The notes beneath the pieces are model-generated. The model was not told the DNA's origin. It saw only the letters and a program-made list of their open reading frames with translations, and did no database searches. Source: an uncultured Planctomycetia bacterium (GTDB lineage: Bacteria; Omnitrophota; Gorgyraeia; JABMRG01; JAFGKX01). From it: 64,000 bases of DNA. Shown one piece after another: positions 63,052-64,000 of this stretch (position 1 is its first letter; every line of letters begins with the position of its first letter). A program made the position numbers and the translations under genes. The stretch is from contig CAZMYR010000006.1 of the NCBI GenBank assembly GCA_964570585.1, positions 1,636-65,635 of the forward strand. The letters run 5' to 3'.

Positions 63052-64000
63052 ATGTTAGCAAAGGTTGAATCAAGAACTACGTATGGTATTAAAGGATATA
63101 GGGTTGATGTAGAAGTAGATATTTCAGGAGGCACGCCTGGTTTTTCTATAGTCGGGTTACCTGATACAGCTTGTAGGGAATCTGCGAAAAGGGTAATATC
63201 TGCTATTAGAAATTCTCATTTTAACTTTAAATCAAGCAAGATGACGGTCAATTTAGCGCCTGCAAATATAAAAAAGGAGGGTGCTTGTTTTGATTTAGCA
63301 ATTGCAGTGGGTATATTAACTGCAAAAGGTATACTCAATCAGGAAGACCTTAAAGACATAGTTATATGCGGCGAATTATCTCTTGATGGAACGGTAAGGC
63401 CTATAAATGGCATATTGCCTCGAGCTATAAGCGTAGAGAAAAATAAAATTTTTATCGTGCCTGTGGACAACATTAACGAGGCAGCAATGGTAAAAGGGCA
63501 AAAGATAATAGCAATCGAAACATTAAACCAACTGGTAAGTTTCTTAAAAGGTAAAATACAACTTTTTCCTTGTGAAATAAATACCAAGCCCAAGACAAAT
63601 TCAAGCGTTAATAGCCAACCGGACTTCTCTGATGTCAAGGGAAATCAGCATGCAAAAAGGGCAATCGAAATTGCAGCTGCAGGTTCCCATAACATCCTAA
63701 TGATAGGCCCGCCTGGCGAAGGCAAAACTATGCTCGCTCAAAGAATACCCGGCATTTTAGATAATATGAGCTATGAGGAAGCTTTAGAGACTACAAAAAT
63801 TCATAGCATAGCAGGCCTTACTAGAAATAAAAACTATTTTGTCACACAAAGGCCTTTCCGATGTTTGCATCATTCCATTTCTGATGCCGGAATGTTAGGC
63901 GGAGGCGTTAACTTGCATCCCGGCGAAATAAGCTTAGCACACAACGGAGTATTGTTTCTGGATGAATTGCCTGAATTTAAGCGCAATATCTTAGAGGGAT
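63052..64000 (+). CDS. yifB: Partial CDS (C-terminus beyond the window): YifB/ComM Mg-chelatase-like AAA+ ATPase
   Basis: [48 protein letters not shown]...[37 protein letters not shown]...[11 protein letters not shown]. Not in the ORF track because no stop is reached. yraN-yifB is a conserved pair. Confidence 0.8.
   Translation, partial: MLAKVESRTTYGIKGYRVDVEVDISGGTPGFSIVGLPDTACRESAKRVISAIRNSHFNFKSSKMTVNLAPANIKKEGACFDLAIAVGILTAKGILNQEDLKDIVICGELSLDGTVRPINGILPRAISVEKNKIFIVPVDNINEAAMVKGQKIIAIETLNQLVSFLKGKIQLFPCEINTKPKTNSSVNSQPDFSDVKGNQHAKRAIEIAAAGSHNILMIGPPGEGKTMLAQRIPGILDNMSYEEALETTKIHSIAGLTRNKNYFVTQRPFRCLHHSISDAGMLGGGVNLHPGEISLAHNGVLFLDELPEFKRNILEG

Noticed and set aside
1-64000. Search for CRISPR arrays (regular 24-40 bp direct repeats with unique spacers)
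   Set aside because: All repeated sequences found are palindromic/inverted or tandem microrepeats without regularly spaced unique spacers. No cas genes are present.
1-64000. Search for tRNA/rRNA/tmRNA/RNase P/SRP RNA genes in intergenic regions
   Set aside because: No T-loop (GGTTCGAATCC-like) plus acceptor-stem pattern, no tmRNA tag-peptide/tRNA-like end, and no RNase P P4 or SRP domain IV consensus was visible. The GC-rich 39.8-40.2 kb island is kept only as an unspecified candidate.

Overview
**Overview.** This is a 64 kb chromosomal segment from an AT-rich bacterium with two membranes (it encodes TolC-like, RND-adaptor, outer-membrane barrel and LemA proteins). The gene content suggests an uncultivated, probably anaerobic lineage; the resemblance to candidate phyla such as Omnitrophota is a guess, not a result. 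I can support about 75 protein genes, more than 85% of them on the minus strand. I found no rRNA, tRNA, CRISPR array, integrase or phage genes.

**Gene content.**
- Housekeeping operons: gcvT-gcvH-gcvPA-gcvPB followed by a lipoate-protein ligase; aroB; pgi; era; nth plus a second HhH-GPD glycosylase; dtd; spoVG; yraN-yifB.
- A MarR-TolC-adaptor-RND efflux operon with a small PII-like gene at its end.
- A stomatin/NfeD pair and a LemA/TPM pair.
- A HepT/MntA toxin-antitoxin pair.
- A UvrD-type helicase fused to a Cas4/AddB-like iron-sulfur nuclease.
- An AMP-ligase / carrier-protein / lysophospholipid-acyltransferase fusion beside an FAD-linked oxidase.
- An unusually dense set of c-di-GMP components: a degenerate GGDEF protein, a GAF-HD-GYP phosphodiesterase, three PilZ proteins (including STAS-PilZ and MshEN-PilZ fusions), a GspE/PilB ATPase with an MshEN domain, and two further stand-alone MshEN proteins.

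**Repeat architecture.** The most striking non-coding signal is the number and variety of intergenic palindromic elements.
- A REP-associated tyrosine transposase (RAYT, IS200-like) flanked by inverted REP units, with further REP/BIME copies at three other loci.
- A perfect 41-bp element shared by the upstream regions of the RAYT gene and spoVG.
- At least three further hairpin-repeat families (called A, B and D here). Several of them share a GGGGACA/TGTCCCC core.
- Many low-complexity 'word palindromes' built from mirrored 5-9 nt words.
- Several predicted ORF N-termini are really translated repeats, so a number of start codons need moving.

A GC-rich 426-bp intergenic island at 39772-40197 looks like a structured RNA or a decayed repeat.

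**Evidence standard.** All calls are made by eye from the six-frame translations and the raw sequence. No database search was run.
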